Below are positions 59,126-64,000 of a stretch of DNA of 64,000 nucleotides, in pieces. Source of the stretch: Octopus bimaculoides (taxonomy: Eukaryota); contig NC_068981.1 in assembly GCF_001194135.2 (NCBI RefSeq), positions 197,179,869-197,243,868 of the forward strand. The letters run 5' to 3'. A model generated the notes under the pieces. It made no database searches. It worked only from the letters and a program-made list of their open reading frames with translations, and was not told the origin of the DNA. The stretch's first letter is position 1; each line of letters starts with the position of its first letter. The translations under genes and the position numbers were made by a program.

Positions 59126-61994
59126 AATAGAATTTTGTTGAGCTGGATGCTCTACCAGTCACCAACCTTCCCCTGTTACCAAGCAAGGTAATATTTTTGT
59201 ATAACATGTATCCATGGTAGGTTGTCAAGACAAAAACACGTGCAACAAGCTGCTTTCAGTTTCTGTCTACTAAATTCACTCACAAGGCTTTAGTAAATGC
59301 TGAGATTTTGAATTTGGAATCACATCTCACCACACTGTGCATGTGTGAATTGCCTACAGTACACACGTACGCACACACACACACACATATATACGACACA
59401 CTTCTTTCAGTTTCCGTCAACCAAATCCCCTCACAAGGCTTTGGTCAGTCCAAGAATTGGGAAGCAAACTTCTTACCACCCTGCCCCTCACTATGCTTTT
59501 CAAATCTTGCAAACCCACCCACCATCCTCCATTCCCAGTCCACTTCACTAGATATATTCTACCCTGTAGCTTGGGTGTAGGGTCCTTGTTTCCCTGTCTC
59601 ATCATCACTATCTTTTTCTTTTCTCTCTCTCCATTTGAAATAGCCATGTTTCTCTTCGAACGCAAGACACTTTTTCGTCCCTCTATACTATGCTGCTGCC
59701 ACTCAAAACGCATCCAGTACACTCTGTAAAGTGATTGCCATTACAATATGCTGGTGGCATATAAAGAACATCTTTTGAACGTTGGGCCTCATGGAGGAAA
59801 AGTGGCTGAGTTCCTTTCGAGTGTTGGGCCTCACAGAGGCAATGGCCAAGACCTTTGGCATTATGTCATGCTTGAGAAGACCCATCAAGCCAAGCAAAAT
59901 CACAGTCATGACAGATACTGGTATCATGCAAATTGGCACCTGTGCCAGTGGTACGTAAACGCGCCCTGGGTGTGACGGAAATGGCACCTGTACCGGTGGC
60001 ACGTAAAAGCACCCATTGCATTCTTGGAGGGGTTGGCATTAGGAAGGGCATCCAGCTGTGGAGAACTATGCCAAATCAGACTGGAGTCTGGTGCAGTCTT
60101 CCAGCGTACCAGTCCAGTCAAACCGTTCAACCCATGCCAGCGTGGACAAGGGACGTTAAATGATGATGATGATGAAGGGCAACCAGTTATAGGAACAAAG
60201 TTAAAACAGAGAGCAGGGCTTAGCACAATCTTCTCACTTGCTAATTCCTGTCAAACTGTCCTACCCATGCTAGCACGAAAAACGGACGTTAAATAAAATA
60301 AAATAAATAAATAAATATACTTATGTATATGCATGTTTTAGAATGTGCTTCTTTTTCGGATATATGATACACTGACGAGATATATGTATATATGTATATA
60401 TATAGATATATATATAATGTATATGTACACACACACACACACATATATAATACATAGCGAGAGAGGGATAGGGAGGGAGAGAGAGAGTGAGAGAGGGAGG
60501 GAGAGAGAGAGAGTGAGAGACGGAAGGAGAGAGGGAGAGGGAGAGAGATGAATCGATTTATAGAAGTACACTGGTACTTTAAAGACCCCTCCAAAAGCAG
60601 ACAGGCAAAGTTAACCTCGGCCAGACTTCAGCTGCGAGCACATAGGACGCTCCAAATACCACAAGGTACTATTCACAAGTCTATCTAACTCCTCTGCCTA
60701 TTCGCACTTGTCCTCCAAACTTAACGTAATCTCAGAATGACCAAGTAATCTACATCGAGGGCAATGAACTCGGCGAACAAACTCCGAACAGGCACCACAT
60801 AAAATAAACCCGTGTAGTGGCGATGGCGGCTGCGTGCTGTCTGCTCTGCCTCGGGTACATGATATTACTGTTTCATATATTTAATATATCTAGGTCTGTG
60901 TTCTATCAAGGCTGACTTATATGTCGGTGTGTATGTATGCACGCACGTGTATGTGTGTGTGTAGGCACATAGCAACAATATCTCGTACACACACACTCAA
61001 GCACATGCGTATATATATATGGGTGTGTGTATGTGTACATATACATGCAGACACACACACACGCATTATCTGTTTGTTTCAGCCATTACATTGCGACTAT
61101 GCTGGGGCAACTGCTCCAAGAATTACCAGTCGAATAATTCGACCCCAGTACCTTTTCTTTCCAATCTGCTACTTATTCTATCTGTCTCATTTGTCGAGAC
61201 GCTAAATTACGGGGACGTAAACACACTAACACCGGCTGTCAAGATACAAACTCACACACAAATGTACCCGACGGGCTCCTTTCAATTTCTTGTATTTGTA
61301 TTTATCATATACATATACAAGAGATCGATTTCTTACACATATATTACACGCACATGCATATATATATTATATATACATACACACACACACTACAGGTACG
61401 TAGACGATGTGCTGTGAAGTACGTGATGCTGTAACAATGTGTTTAGTCACAATCAATAAAGAAGAATTGAATAGAAGAGGGGGAGGGCGGAGTTGGAATG
61501 TCTGTTTAATAAGGGAAACTCCTCATACAAAATGGCTAATTTATTTCATTAACGAAATATGTATAAAAATGGAGCAATTAAACGTACCACTCTTATACAC
61601 ACACACACACACACACACACATGCATATATGTGTGTGTTTATATATAAAAGCTCATTTGCAGCCACGTGGTTTCGGGTTCAATCTCACTGCACAGCACCT
61701 TGTGCAAGTGTCTTCTATTATAGCCCTGGTCCGATCGCAATGCCCTGTGATCGGTTTTAGTAGAAGGGGGAAACTGCGAGAGAAACATGTGCGTGAATGT
61801 GTTTGCCCCCCTACCCCTGTTTGATAACAGCTGTTGGTTTTTTTACGTCCCTCCTAATCTAGCTGTTCGACAAAGGAAGCCGATGCAAATAAGTACGACA
61901 CTTAAAAAGCGAAGTACCGAGGTGTGGATTTGTTCGACTAAACTCTTCATGGTGATACCCCAGCATGTGTGATGACGGAAACGACAGCTACAAG

Positions 61995-62034
<40 letters not shown>

Positions 62035-62603
62035 GTATGTTTGTATGTATGTATATATGTGTGTATATTTGCACGCATATACTAATGGTTGTTAAGTGGC
62101 TGTGGGAGATAGAGAGAGAGAGGGATGAAGTTGTGTTCAGAGCAAGGGAGAAGGCTTCAATGCAGTGTACCCCAATAAAAGGTAGCTACGGATCAAGTGC
62201 TAAGTGTTAAACCGGGTGTATACAGCAATAAATCTACACACGTGCTGTAGGGACACGAGGAGACCATGTAAAAAGAAAGATAGAGACAGGGGCGGAAATA
62301 TTGTTTTATATGAAAGATATTATTGTTAATTATGGAAAATAATAATTATGGTTGTTTGTTACTTTTTTGGTAGGGAATGTATATAATAATATTGGTATAG
62401 AACAATACTTCGATATATAGACATCGTACATATATACACACAGACACAGAATCATTAACACAGTTTTATATATCTATATCTATATGTGTGTGTGTGTGTG
62501 CATGCATGTATGTATGTATATATACACGTGAGTGACTGTCCGTTAACATAGCGAGACAAACGATAGTATTAAATACAGGTTTCTACACACACACGTATAT
62601 ATA

Positions 62604-62647
<44 letters not shown>

Positions 62648-62741
62648 AACATATACGTAAACGCACAATACGAGCATTAAACAGTTTATAAACACGAGAA
62701 TATCAACCTTATATACACCTTTCTGTCTGTCTCTCTCTCTC

Positions 62742-62774
<33 letters not shown>

Positions 62775-63055
62775 CATCATCAACACACATGCATGTTAAT
62801 ATAGTATTAAACAGTTTTCTCTGATTTATTCTTTTACAAGTTTCAACCGAAGAGCTGTGGCCACGCTGGAGCACCGCCATCTCTTAACTTCTAAACAAAA
62901 ATAACACACACACACACACATGTATGTATACACTGTAAACTGAAAGAGGACGTAGTCACTATGCACACATACATATACTATTAGTGGTTTATACACCCAC
63001 ACAAGGCTAAAAATACATGTACACACACATCATTTTCACATAGGCAGCCCGAGCT

Positions 63056-63102
<47 letters not shown>

Positions 63103-63452
63103 TACACATAAACACATAGGATTGAGAACTAAATACATATATTTATACTAAGTATACATACTTCAGTCTCAGAAAATAGAACGGTAAACACCCTTATGTT
63201 TGTGTATCTATCTTTCTGTCTACATACACACACACTATATATATATATATAAATACATTCTTTTACACTCTACACACATATGCATACTTTTACTGTAAAC
63301 ACATACACGCACACATAGAACCAAGTATACACACATTATTCTCCATATAGGTTGACACGCATATATATACATACACTTGTCTGTATATTCACATACATAC
63401 TTTATATACACACATACATTCACACACATACATATATTCACACACATACATT

Positions 63453-63488
<36 letters not shown>

Positions 63489-63498
63489 NNNNNNNNNN

Positions 63499-63535
<37 letters not shown>

Positions 63536-64000
63536 CTCATATATACTTATACACGTTTGTAGTCAGAAACACATGTACACATCCAAAGAGATATATATAT
63601 CGTTTCTTTCTTCACACACACATATGCATACATACACAGATATCGTCACAGACGTATACAATTTCTTCCTCTACATACACATACATACATACATACACAG
63701 ACAGTGAGGCAGATGTGTACACAGTTACAGCCTTCCTTCCTGCACACATACATACACATAGTACCTCCCCCTCTCTCTCTGTATTTGCATCGCCCCCCCC
63801 TCTCTCTCTCTGTATTTGTATCTCCCTCTCTCTCTGAAGATGCGTACACATACGTACATAGAAATAGTACCTTTCTCTCACACGCAGACACATACACAGA
63901 TAGAGAGGCAGACACACAGACATAGTACCTTCTTCTATACACACACAGTTTTTTTTTCTCTCTCTACACAAGATCTCTCTGTCTCTCTCTCTCTACACTC

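Overview
This is AT-rich, repeat-dense eukaryotic draft-assembly DNA with ten N gaps. The SINE/LINE repertoire looks like an octopus genome, which is my inference from the repeat families. The supplied ORF track uses bacterial starts and is mostly noise, so I found the genes by splice-aware reading. Two genes are convergent. On the + strand are the last three coding exons of a MOV10/MOV10L1/Armitage-family SF1 RNA helicase (1517-7892), whose motif V is degenerate (FLSSE for FQGxE). On the - strand is a CENP-K homolog: seven well-supported exons at 15535-26949, plus probable 5' exons at 29683-29723 and 38909-38915. The rest is a transposon mosaic. Retroelements include RTE LINE pieces with a modular hairpin 3' UTR, CR1, HERO and R4/Dong fragments, and three tRNA-derived SINE families. 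DNA elements include mariner, DD37D (maT), a Merlin element with intact ends, and piggyBac-like and hAT-like MITEs. The best candidate novelty is a Penelope-like 3' module with five copies or relics here. It joins a GIY-YIG C-terminus, an internal tRNA-like Pol III promoter (A and B boxes) and a minimal type I hammerhead ribozyme with a palindromic ACGU stem III. That makes it a possible Pol III-driven, self-cleaving retrozyme/SINE system. Repeat boundaries are approximate to tens of bases; exon boundaries were read base by base.
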